DNA of 64,000 nucleotides from Myxococcota bacterium (GTDB lineage: Bacteria > Myxococcota_A > UBA9160 > SZUA-336): assembly GCA_965247115.1 (NCBI GenBank), contig CBDFGR010000003.1:352001-416000 (forward strand), given 5' to 3'. The notes under the pieces are model-generated. The model was given only the letters and a program-made list of their open reading frames with translations. It did not search any database and was not told the origin of the DNA. Every line of letters begins with the position of its first letter. Position 1 is the stretch's first letter. Below are positions 38,478 to 46,762 of this stretch, one piece after another. The position numbers were made by a program, and so were the translations under genes.

Positions 38478-39356
38478 GTGCTCTTCCGCCAGCGATTGAT
38501 TCTCGCCCTGTTGGATCGGGCGGGTCGTCCCGTGCTGTCCACGGTATTGGTGAAGCTGGCGTTTCTGTTGCGGAAGGAGACCTCGGTTGGCAGTGATCCT
38601 ACCTTCTACAGCTTCGTTCCGTACCGCCATGGTCCGTTCTCCTTTGCGCTTGATCGTGAGCTGACCTCGCTCGAGCGCGTTGGCTATGTGCAAGGCTTGG
38701 AGAAGAGCCTGTCCCTCAACCCGGATACGTCCCACTTCGCGCGCGATGAGATCGCCCGGCTCAGCACGGCTCAAGTGGAAGCTGCGGATGAAGTGGTCGC
38801 CAAGTACGGGCGCATGAAACCGACCACGCTGCTTCGGAACGTCTACGAGCGATACCCTTGGTACGCGCAAAACAGCGAGCTTGCGGATTTCGTACCCGAT
38901 GATGTGCCGCGGCCCCCGCTTCGCCGGCCAGCTGCCTACACTGTCGGATACGAGGGGAAGTCGGTGGACAGCTTCTTCAACGACCTGCTGGCCTCGGGGA
39001 TTGGCGCGATCCTCGACGTACGGGCGAATCCGGTTTCCCGCAAGTACGGGTTCGCCAAACGCTCGCTGAGGCAGATCGCGCTGAGCCTGGATCTCGCATA
39101 CCACCACCTCCCAGAACTGGGCATCACCGGCGACCACCGCGCGAAGTTGACTGACTTCGACTCCTACCAGCGGCTTCTCGACAAGTATGAGAAGCGGCTA
39201 CCCAAGCTCACAGCTCACACTCTCCAAGCCGCCGCACTGCTTCGATCCCGGCCTTCAGCACTCCTTTGCGTGGAGAGAGACGTGCGTTGCTGCCACCGCG
39301 GACGCCTGGCAGACCATCTCGCCGAGGAGACCGACCTCGCGGTCGTGCATCTCTAG
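38478..39356 (+). CDS. DUF488-domain protein with an N-terminal wHTH/SocA-like region
   Basis: FVPYRHGPFS; YTVGYEG, DVRANPVSRKYGF, ALLCVERDVRCCHR. Confidence 0.85.
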   Translation: MLFRQRLILALLDRAGRPVLSTVLVKLAFLLRKETSVGSDPTFYSFVPYRHGPFSFALDRELTSLERVGYVQGLEKSLSLNPDTSHFARDEIARLSTAQVEAADEVVAKYGRMKPTTLLRNVYERYPWYAQNSELADFVPDDVPRPPLRRPAAYTVGYEGKSVDSFFNDLLASGIGAILDVRANPVSRKYGFAKRSLRQIALSLDLAYHHLPELGITGDHRAKLTDFDSYQRLLDKYEKRLPKLTAHTLQAAALLRSRPSALLCVERDVRCCHRGRLADHLAEETDLAVVHL

Positions 39357-39452
39357 CCGGAGCGCAAGAGCTGGACCAGTTCAGAGCTGGAAGCTGTACA
39401 ATCGACTCTGCCGTCAGGCGTCCCTCGCCTGCTGAACCGGAGGATACCCCCG

Positions 39453-41246
39453 ATGCAAGAGACAGTCGTAAATATGGATGCCGCCCTGAAGGGCATGATC
39501 TACGAGAAGAACGTGCGCATCGACACGCGCGATGGCTCCCATGTGATGGTCAACGTATTCCGGCCCGAGGGGGACGGTAAGTGCCCTGCGCTGCTGGCGG
39601 TGTCGCCGTATGGCAAGGATCTGCACACCAAGGACGGCTTCCCCGAGATCTGGGTCGAGATGCGGGAACACATGCCAAAGCTGGACGAGAAGTCCACGCT
39701 GAGCCTCCACACTTGGGAGAGCAACGATCCGGAGCTCTGGGTGCCGAACGGCTACGCGTGCGTGCGCCTGGACGTAACGGGAGCCGGCAAGTCTCCCGGT
39801 AAGCTCGACTGCTATTCCCCGACCGAAGCGCGGGCGACCTACGACGCCATCGAGTGGGCGGCGGCACAGCCCTGGTGCAACGGCAAGGTCGCACTGATGG
39901 GGATCTCGTACCTGGCCATCATCCAGTGGCGAGTGGCCTCGGAGCAGCCACCGCACCTGACCTGCATCTGTCCCTGGGAAGGCGAGTTCGACTACTACCG
40001 CGAGTGGGCACGCCACGGTGGGATCCTGAGCAACACGTTCTCCGAGCTCTGGTGGCCGACCCAGGTGCTGGCTCTGCAGAACGGGTACGCGGGGAGCCCG
40101 CACCGGGACCTCGACGACGGCGCTCCGATGGGCGGGCCGGTCTCGCTCTCGGATGCAGAGCTGGAGGCCAACCGCATCGACCTGACTCAGGAGTTCCGCG
40201 ATCGCGAGCTGGATGGCCCCTGGTATCGGGAGCGCAGCGGCGACTACGAAAAGATCGTGATCCCGCTTCTGTCTGCAGCGAACTGGGGTGGGTACGGCCT
40301 GCATGGGCGCGGAAACGTCGAGGGCTTCACGCAGAGCGCATCCAAGGAGAAATGGCTGCGGGTGCACGGCGGAAACCACCGCGACGCGTTCTACCTGCCC
40401 GATGGTGAGGGGCTGCAAAAGCAGTTCTTCGACCACTATTTGAAGGGCGAGGACAACGGTTGGGAGAAACGCGCCCCGGTCATGCTGAAGGTCCGCCGCA
40501 TCGACGACACCTTCTTCGAGCGCGACGAGCAGGAGTGGCCGCTGGCGCGGACGCAGTGGACCAAGTGGTACCTCGACGCGGAGTCCGGCAGCATGGGAGC
40601 CCAAGCACCGGCGCAGGAGGGCGTGGGATCGTACCCGGGGATGGGTACCGGCCTGCGCTTCCGCACCGAGCCGCTGGCTCAGGAGACCGAGATCACGGGC
40701 CCGCTGGCGGCCAAGCTGTTCATCTCGTCTGCCAGCGAGGACATGGACATCTTTGCGACCATCTGCGTTTTCGCACCCGATGGGACCGAGGCGACTTTCA
40801 TCGCCTCGGCGGAGCCGAAGGGACCCCTCGCCCAGGGCTGGCTGCGGGCGTCGCATCGCAAGCTGGACACCACGCGCAGCACCGAATGGCGCCCGTGGCA
40901 TACGCACGACACGCTCGAGAAGCTCACCCCGGGTGAGGTCTACGAGGTGGACGTGGAGATCTGGCCGACCTCGCTGGTGGTGCCCGCGGGCTACACGCTA
41001 GAGCTGCGGATCGAGGGCAAGGACTTCGCCCGCTCGGCCGAGGAGCGGGATCCGACCTACGCCCAGATGTCGGCGCGCATGAGCAGCTTTGCGGGCCGAG
41101 ATTGGCCCGAGATCTTCTGCGGCTCCGGCCTGTTCCTTCACAACGATCCCCAGGACCGGCCGCCCGAGGTATTCGGCGCGACTAACAGCGTCCACACGGG
41201 AGGCGCCCACAGCTCCTACTTGCTGGTGCCGGTGATCCCCGGCTAG
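39453..41246 (+). CDS. CocE/NonD family hydrolase, copy 1
   Basis: SPYGK, WCNGKV..GISY, GWLRASHR. Confidence 0.93.
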   Translation: MQETVVNMDAALKGMIYEKNVRIDTRDGSHVMVNVFRPEGDGKCPALLAVSPYGKDLHTKDGFPEIWVEMREHMPKLDEKSTLSLHTWESNDPELWVPNGYACVRLDVTGAGKSPGKLDCYSPTEARATYDAIEWAAAQPWCNGKVALMGISYLAIIQWRVASEQPPHLTCICPWEGEFDYYREWARHGGILSNTFSELWWPTQVLALQNGYAGSPHRDLDDGAPMGGPVSLSDAELEANRIDLTQEFRDRELDGPWYRERSGDYEKIVIPLLSAANWGGYGLHGRGNVEGFTQSASKEKWLRVHGGNHRDAFYLPDGEGLQKQFFDHYLKGEDNGWEKRAPVMLKVRRIDDTFFERDEQEWPLARTQWTKWYLDAESGSMGAQAPAQEGVGSYPGMGTGLRFRTEPLAQETEITGPLAAKLFISSASEDMDIFATICVFAPDGTEATFIASAEPKGPLAQGWLRASHRKLDTTRSTEWRPWHTHDTLEKLTPGEVYEVDVEIWPTSLVVPAGYTLELRIEGKDFARSAEERDPTYAQMSARMSSFAGRDWPEIFCGSGLFLHNDPQDRPPEVFGATNSVHTGGAHSSYLLVPVIPG

Positions 41247-41272
41247 CGTGCAGGCTAACCAGGAGACCCCCC

Positions 41273-42172
41273 ATGCAAATCGAGAAAATCGAGTTTCCGA
41301 GCGGTGATGGTCGCTGCGCGGCCGACCTCTACCTCCCGGAGAACGGCGGAAGCGGACAGCCGGGCGTCGTGATCGGGCACGGCTTCAGCTACGTCAAAGA
41401 GGCGCTCGTCGAGCTGGGACCGCGCTTCGCCGATGCGGGGTTCGTCACCCTGGCCATCGACTATCGCAGCTTCGGCGAGAGTCCGGGTGAGCCCCGCGGA
41501 CAGCTCTTCCCGCTGAACCAGGTCGAGGACTTTCGCAACGCGATCAGCTACCTCGAAACCCGGGACGAGGTCGATCCCGATCGCATCGGGATCTGGGGTA
41601 CGAGCTTTGGTGGCGCGACGGTGATCTACACCGCCGGTGTCGAGCTCCGCGCGAAAGCGGTGGTGGCCCAGGTCCCGGTGGTGAACGGCCGCCTCTGGAT
41701 GAAGGCCCTTCGCGGCAGCGACCAATGGATCGAGCTACAGGACCGGCTGGTCGAGGACCGCCGCGAACGGTTCCGCACCGGCAAGGGCGCACGGGTGCGC
41801 GTTGCCGGCGCCGCGTCGGACGGCGAGTTTGCCACGATGCAGTTGGATCGTCAGCTAATGGCGTTCCTCGAGGAAGGCGAGAAGAACCTCAAGACCTGGC
41901 GGCCGGACATCACGCTCGAATCCGTCGAGAAAGTGATCGAGTTCAACCCCTCGAGCGTGATCCACCAGATCGCGCCGCGTCCGCTGCTGATAGTCACGAC
42001 GGCGGGCCACGACATGATCCACCCGATCGAACAGATACTCGAGGCCTACAACAAGGCCCGCGAGCCCAAGCGCCTCGCGCTGCTTCCCTACGATCAAACT
42101 GGACTCTACGAAGAGCCGGGTCGCTCCGAAGCGGTGGGCGAAGCCATCACGTGGTTCCAGAAGTATCTGTAG
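41273..42172 (+). CDS. Alpha/beta hydrolase, copy 2
   Basis: Same length as copy 1, about 49 differences in 299 aa by hand count. Confidence 0.9.
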   Translation: MQIEKIEFPSGDGRCAADLYLPENGGSGQPGVVIGHGFSYVKEALVELGPRFADAGFVTLAIDYRSFGESPGEPRGQLFPLNQVEDFRNAISYLETRDEVDPDRIGIWGTSFGGATVIYTAGVELRAKAVVAQVPVVNGRLWMKALRGSDQWIELQDRLVEDRRERFRTGKGARVRVAGAASDGEFATMQLDRQLMAFLEEGEKNLKTWRPDITLESVEKVIEFNPSSVIHQIAPRPLLIVTTAGHDMIHPIEQILEAYNKAREPKRLALLPYDQTGLYEEPGRSEAVGEAITWFQKYL

Positions 42173-42264
42173 TCGTCGGTCCCCACCACGCATGCGGTCT
42201 TGGCCCCTCCTTTGTTTGGGGGGGACCCCGCGTCCCATAGTCTGCTGAAACGGAGGACACCCCC

Positions 42265-44058
42265 ATGGAAGAGACAGTCGTAAATATGGATGCCGCCCTG
42301 AAGGGCATGATCTACGAGAAGAACGTGCGCATCGACACGCGCGACGGCTCCCACGTGATGGTCAACGTATTCCGGCCCGAGGGGGACGGTCAGTGCCCTG
42401 CCCTGCTGGCGGTGTCGCCGTATGGCAAGGATCTGCACACCAAGGATGGCTTCCCCGAGATCTGGGTCGAGATGCGGGAGCACATGCCAAAGATGGACGA
42501 GAAGTCCACGCTGAGCCTCCACACCTGGGAGAGCAACGATCCGGAGCTCTGGGTGCCGTACGGCTACGCGTGCGTGCGCCTGGACGTAACGGGAGCCGGC
42601 AAATCTCCTGGCAAGCTCGATTGCTATTCCCCGACCGAAGCGCGGGCGACCTACGACGCCATCGAGTGGGCGGCGGAACAGCCCTGGTGCAACGGCAAGG
42701 TTGCACTGATTGGGATCTCGTACCTGGCCATCATCCAGTGGCGAGTGGCCTCGGAGCAGCCACCGCACCTGACCTGCATCTGTCCCTGGGAAGGTGAGTT
42801 CGACTACTACCGCGAGTGGGCACGCCACGGTGGGATCCTGAGCAACACGTTCTCCGAGCTCTGGTGGCCGACCCAGGTGCTGGCGCTGCAGAACGGGTAC
42901 GCGGGCAGCCCGCACCGAGACCTCGACGACGGCGCGCCGATGGGCGGGCCGGTCTCGCTCTCGGATGCAGAGCTGGAGGCCAACCGCATCGACCTGACTC
43001 AGGAGTTCCGCGATCGCGAGCTGGATGGCCCCTGGTATCGGGAGCGCAGCGGCGACTACGAAAAGATCGTGATCCCGCTTCTGTCCGCGGCCAACTGGGG
43101 TGGGTACGGCCTGCACGGGCGCGGAAATGTCGAGGGCTTCACGCAGAGCGCATCCAAGGAGAAGTGGCTGCGGGTGCACGGCGGCAACCACCGCGACGCG
43201 TTCTTCCTGCCCGATGGTGAGGGGCTGCAAAGGCAGTTCTTCGACCATTACTTGAAGGGCGAAGACAACGGCTGGGAGAAGCGGCCCCCGGTCATGCTGA
43301 AGGTCCGCCGCATCGACGACACCTTCTTCGAGCGCGACGAGCAGGAGTGGCCGCTGGCGCGGACGCGGTGGACCAAGTGGTACCTGGATGCGGAGTCCGG
43401 CAGCATGGGAGCCGACGCGCCGGCGCAGGAGGGCGTGGGATCGTACCCTGGCATGGGTACCGGCCTGAGCTTCCGCACCCAGCCGCTGGCCCAGGAGACC
43501 GAGATCACGGGCCCGCTGGCGGCCAAGCTGTTCATCTCGTCTGCCAGCGAAGATATGGACATCTTCGCGACCCTGCGCGTGTTTGCACCCGATGGGAGCG
43601 AGGCGACCTTCATAGCCTCTGTGGAACCGAAGGGACCCTTGGCCCAGGGCTGGCTGCGGGCTTCGCATCGCAAGCTGGACACCTCGCGCACTACCGAGTG
43701 GCGCCCGTGGCACACGCACGACACGCTCGAAAAGCTCACCCCCGGGGAGATCTACGAGGTGGACGTGGAGATCTGGCCGACCTCGCTGGTGGTGCCCGCT
43801 GGCTACACGCTGGAGCTGCTGATCGAGGGCAAGGACTTCGCACGCCCGGCCGAGGAGCGGGATCCGACCTACGCCCAGATGTCGGCGCGCATGAGCAGCT
43901 TTGCGGGCCGAGATTGGCCCGAACTCTTCTGCGGCTGCGGCCTGTTCCTTCACAACGATCCCCAGGACCGCCCGCCCGAGGTATTCGGCGCGACAAACAG
44001 CGTCCACACGGGAGGCGCCCACAGCTCCTACCTGCTGGTACCCGTGATCCCCGGCTAA
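42265..44058 (+). CDS. CocE/NonD family hydrolase, copy 2
   Basis: Same length as copy 1, about 24 differences in 597 aa by hand count. Confidence 0.93.
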   Translation: MEETVVNMDAALKGMIYEKNVRIDTRDGSHVMVNVFRPEGDGQCPALLAVSPYGKDLHTKDGFPEIWVEMREHMPKMDEKSTLSLHTWESNDPELWVPYGYACVRLDVTGAGKSPGKLDCYSPTEARATYDAIEWAAEQPWCNGKVALIGISYLAIIQWRVASEQPPHLTCICPWEGEFDYYREWARHGGILSNTFSELWWPTQVLALQNGYAGSPHRDLDDGAPMGGPVSLSDAELEANRIDLTQEFRDRELDGPWYRERSGDYEKIVIPLLSAANWGGYGLHGRGNVEGFTQSASKEKWLRVHGGNHRDAFFLPDGEGLQRQFFDHYLKGEDNGWEKRPPVMLKVRRIDDTFFERDEQEWPLARTRWTKWYLDAESGSMGADAPAQEGVGSYPGMGTGLSFRTQPLAQETEITGPLAAKLFISSASEDMDIFATLRVFAPDGSEATFIASVEPKGPLAQGWLRASHRKLDTSRTTEWRPWHTHDTLEKLTPGEIYEVDVEIWPTSLVVPAGYTLELLIEGKDFARPAEERDPTYAQMSARMSSFAGRDWPELFCGCGLFLHNDPQDRPPEVFGATNSVHTGGAHSSYLLVPVIPG

Positions 44059-44062
44059 GTCT

Positions 44063-44486
44063 GGGACCTAAAACGGGTTGTTCGCAGGCTTCTAGGAGTC
44101 AGGCAAGGGGAGGTCTGTGTCCGAGGCGCGACGGGGTGAGAAGCCGCTGGCAGCGAATCCCGAGACGACGTAGGGTTCGGTTTCGACTGACACATAAATG
44201 TGTAATAACAAAAGTACTCGAGCATCCCCCGGGGGATGTTGCGTTTCGCAGATTTCTTGCGAAAAAAACGCGAGAGCCCCTTGACAGGTTTTTGAAAACA
44301 GAACAAAGCCGGCTGAATTCTGGACCACACCGACCTCCCTCGACGTCGCCTCTGCTGTCTGCACCTCGTTCTCCCGGATTCCGCTCTCAAAGACCCTTGC
44401 GCATTCGATCGCCCCACTTGATGCATCCTCTGAGATAAAAAAACGGCGTGCTACTGTTCGGGCCTGACTCCTACTCGGTCCCGAAC
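44063..44486. ncRNA. Candidate structured non-coding RNA upstream of the HNH gene
   Basis: Nested complementary segments 44063-68/44477-82, 44093-104/44462-73 (12 bp perfect), 44103-09/44394-400, 44108-15/44332-39, plus internal hairpins. Confidence 0.45.
44221..44240. repeat. 20-bp palindromic repeat, copy 1
   Basis: AGCATCCCCCGGGGGATGTT; 19/20 match to 45530-45549. Confidence 0.85.
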
Positions 44487-44497
44487 GAGACGACAAT

Positions 44498-45571
44498 ATG
44501 AAAGGTTCACTCAAGTCCGTTACTGACGACAAGCTGCTCCGCGGACTCGACGAACTCGTTGCGAAGAATCGCCACAACGAGGCAGATCTGCTCGCGTACA
44601 TTGCAGAGGTCGATCACCGCAAGCTCTATCTCGACCAGGCCTGCTCGTCCATGTTTGGCTACTGCACGGAGGTGCTCCACTTCTCGGAGGCGCAGGCCAG
44701 TCACCGCATCCACGCCGCGCGAGCCGCGCGTGCCTATCCCGTCGTGTTTGAGAAGATTCGCAAAGGGGAGCTCCACGTGGCGGGACTGTGCTTGCTCGCC
44801 CCCGTGCTCACCCCGGAGAACCACGAGGAGCTGCTCGAGCTGGCGCGCCACAGAAGCAAGCGTGCGATCGAGGTGCTCCTGGCGGACCGCGCTCCGAAGC
44901 CGGACGCCCTGGCACGGGTGCGGCAGCTTCCCGGGCCCAGGCCGGCCCCCGCTGTCGGGCTGCCCTCGGAGATGGCCAGGTCCACGCCCGAGACAGAGAC
45001 CCGGAGTCGCACCCCGGCTCCGCCGCAGCGGGCATCACGTCCTGCGGCGAGCCCGCTGGGCGGCAAGCGCTACAAGATCGAGTTCACGGCCAGCCAGGCG
45101 CTCTACGACAAGTTTCATGAGGCGCGGGCGCTGATTCGCCACCAGATTCCGGATGGTGACATGGGGGAGATCTTCGACCGCGCGCTGACGCTGCTGGTCG
45201 AGGACGCGAAGCGGAAGAAGTTCGCGCAGACGTCGAGTCCCCGGAAGCGGTCGAAGGCTGCGCAGAAGACCGGAGTTCCGTCTCGCCACATTCCGGCGGA
45301 GATCAAGCGGGCCGTCTTCGAGCGAGACGGGGGTCGGTGTGCGTTCGTCGGACGAAGCGGTCGCCGCTGCGGCTCGCCCGACTTCGTGGAATATCACCAC
45401 CTCGACCCCTGGGCCAAGGCAAAGCGGCACTCCGTGGAGCGGATCGAGCTTCGCTGCCGCGGGCACAATCACTACGCGGCCGTGCAGGACTACGGGGCTG
45501 CGTACATGGCGCGGTTCGCGAGGCGGGACAGCATCCCCCGGGGGACGTTCGGTGTCGAGCAGCGGGAGTGA
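44498..45571 (+). CDS. DUF222-like domain + C-terminal HNH endonuclease
   Basis: LLAYIAEVDHRKLY...SSMFGYCTEVLHFSE N-domain; SRHIPAEIKRAVFERDGGRC..C..EYHH..W...LRCRGHN. Confidence 0.9.
   Translation: MKGSLKSVTDDKLLRGLDELVAKNRHNEADLLAYIAEVDHRKLYLDQACSSMFGYCTEVLHFSEAQASHRIHAARAARAYPVVFEKIRKGELHVAGLCLLAPVLTPENHEELLELARHRSKRAIEVLLADRAPKPDALARVRQLPGPRPAPAVGLPSEMARSTPETETRSRTPAPPQRASRPAASPLGGKRYKIEFTASQALYDKFHEARALIRHQIPDGDMGEIFDRALTLLVEDAKRKKFAQTSSPRKRSKAAQKTGVPSRHIPAEIKRAVFERDGGRCAFVGRSGRRCGSPDFVEYHHLDPWAKAKRHSVERIELRCRGHNHYAAVQDYGAAYMARFARRDSIPRGTFGVEQRE
45530..45549. repeat. 20-bp palindromic repeat, copy 2 (inside the 3' end of the HNH gene)
   Basis: AGCATCCCCCGGGGGACGTT. Confidence 0.85.
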
Positions 45572-45619
45572 CTCGACTCGATCCCCTGGAGTGTTGAAAC
45601 GTGCTTAGATCCCACAGTG

Positions 45620-45658
45620 GTGATCCCTCAGGAGAGTAACAACGTCCTGAGGGGTCAC
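45620..45658. terminator. Strong hairpin between convergent genes
   Basis: GTGATCCCTCAGGA-N11-TCCTGAGGGGTCAC, 14 bp with one G-U pair; no U-tract. Confidence 0.5.
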
Positions 45659-45677
45659 AGCCAGGCCAGGTCGTCGT

Positions 45678-46598
45678 CTAGGCGTACGGATCGATCAGGT
45701 GCTCGACGAGGAACTTCTTGCCTTCCTGAGCGAGCATTTCCAGGCGCGACAGGTCGCTGTAGAGCGTCATGTGGGTGGCGTCGCGACACAGGAACATGCG
45801 CTTCACCGGATTGGGGATCAGGTTGAAGACCGCCAGCTCTTCGTCCCACAGGGTGATGTCGTCCCCCTCAGCGATGCCCATGAACACCGGCTTGTCGAGG
45901 ATCCGCGGTAGGTACGGCCTGACGTCGTACTTCATCAGCAGCTCGGTCGACGCGATGGTCGTGCGGTGCTCGTGGTTGGGGGCCACGGTCTCCTTGAAGG
46001 TCCGGAAGCCGCTGGTCACCTCCGGGAAAGGCCAGGTCGACAGCTCCTGGGACGGATTCTCGCTCGACATCGGAATGTAGCCGTGCTCGCCCTTCTCGAG
46101 CCGCCTGCGGCGATCGTCGAGGATCAGCTGCTCGAGCTCGCGGAACGCCACCGCGCTGTGCACCTGCTTCATGTTCAGGTAGCCGTCCACCACCGGGATG
46201 TTGGAGACGATGCACTTCACCCGGGGATCGGTGGCGCCCACGATCAGCACGTGGCCGCCGGAATACGAGATGCCCCAGATGCCGATGCGGTCGCTGTTGA
46301 GCTCGCCGCGCGTCTCCGCGTACGAGATCGCATTGTGGTAGTCCTCGATTTGATCCCAGGGATCCAGGTGCTGGCGCGGCTCGCCGTCGCTGGTGCCCAG
46401 GCGCCGATAGTCAAAGACCAGCGCGGCAAGGCCCGCGCTCGTGAAGGCCTTGGCGTACTCGGGCTGCACCAGCTCCTTCACGTAGCACCAGCCCCCTGCC
46501 ATCACGACCACCGGGTACGGCGCGCGACCGTGCTCGGGCAGGTAGAGGTGGGCACGGATCGTTTCCCCCTCGCTCTTGAACTCGACGTCTTGCGGCAT
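45678..46598 (-). CDS. Alpha/beta hydrolase (same broad family as 36255 and 41273)
   Basis: FDYRRLGTS, WGISYSGG, GDD, ATHMTLY. Confidence 0.9.
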   Translation of the reverse strand: MPQDVEFKSEGETIRAHLYLPEHGRAPYPVVVMAGGWCYVKELVQPEYAKAFTSAGLAALVFDYRRLGTSDGEPRQHLDPWDQIEDYHNAISYAETRGELNSDRIGIWGISYSGGHVLIVGATDPRVKCIVSNIPVVDGYLNMKQVHSAVAFRELEQLILDDRRRRLEKGEHGYIPMSSENPSQELSTWPFPEVTSGFRTFKETVAPNHEHRTTIASTELLMKYDVRPYLPRILDKPVFMGIAEGDDITLWDEELAVFNLIPNPVKRMFLCRDATHMTLYSDLSRLEMLAQEGKKFLVEHLIDPYA

Positions 46599-46762
46599 GA
46601 CTCCTACTCCTTCGCCCCGCCGCGCAGAGAATACCACCCACCGGCGACCAGACCCTCGATCGAGCTGTCAATCTCGCTCGAGAAGAGGTATTCACGATGA
46701 GGGGCGATGCTGGTACCATCCAGGAAAACCCAGCATCTGGTTCAAAGCGGAGGTCGTACAGC

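Noticed and set aside
42106..44022. Long antisense ORFs (also 39414-40907, 58418-60367, 19457-20989, 15824-17332)
   Set aside because: Stop-poor shadows of real GC-rich genes on the opposite strand.
44092..44601. Minus-strand ORFs across the HNH upstream region
   Set aside because: No protein motifs and atypical composition; the region is better read as non-coding.
44498..45571. IscB/Cas9-type nuclease
   Set aside because: No PLMP or RuvC motifs; the architecture is DUF222-like + HNH only.
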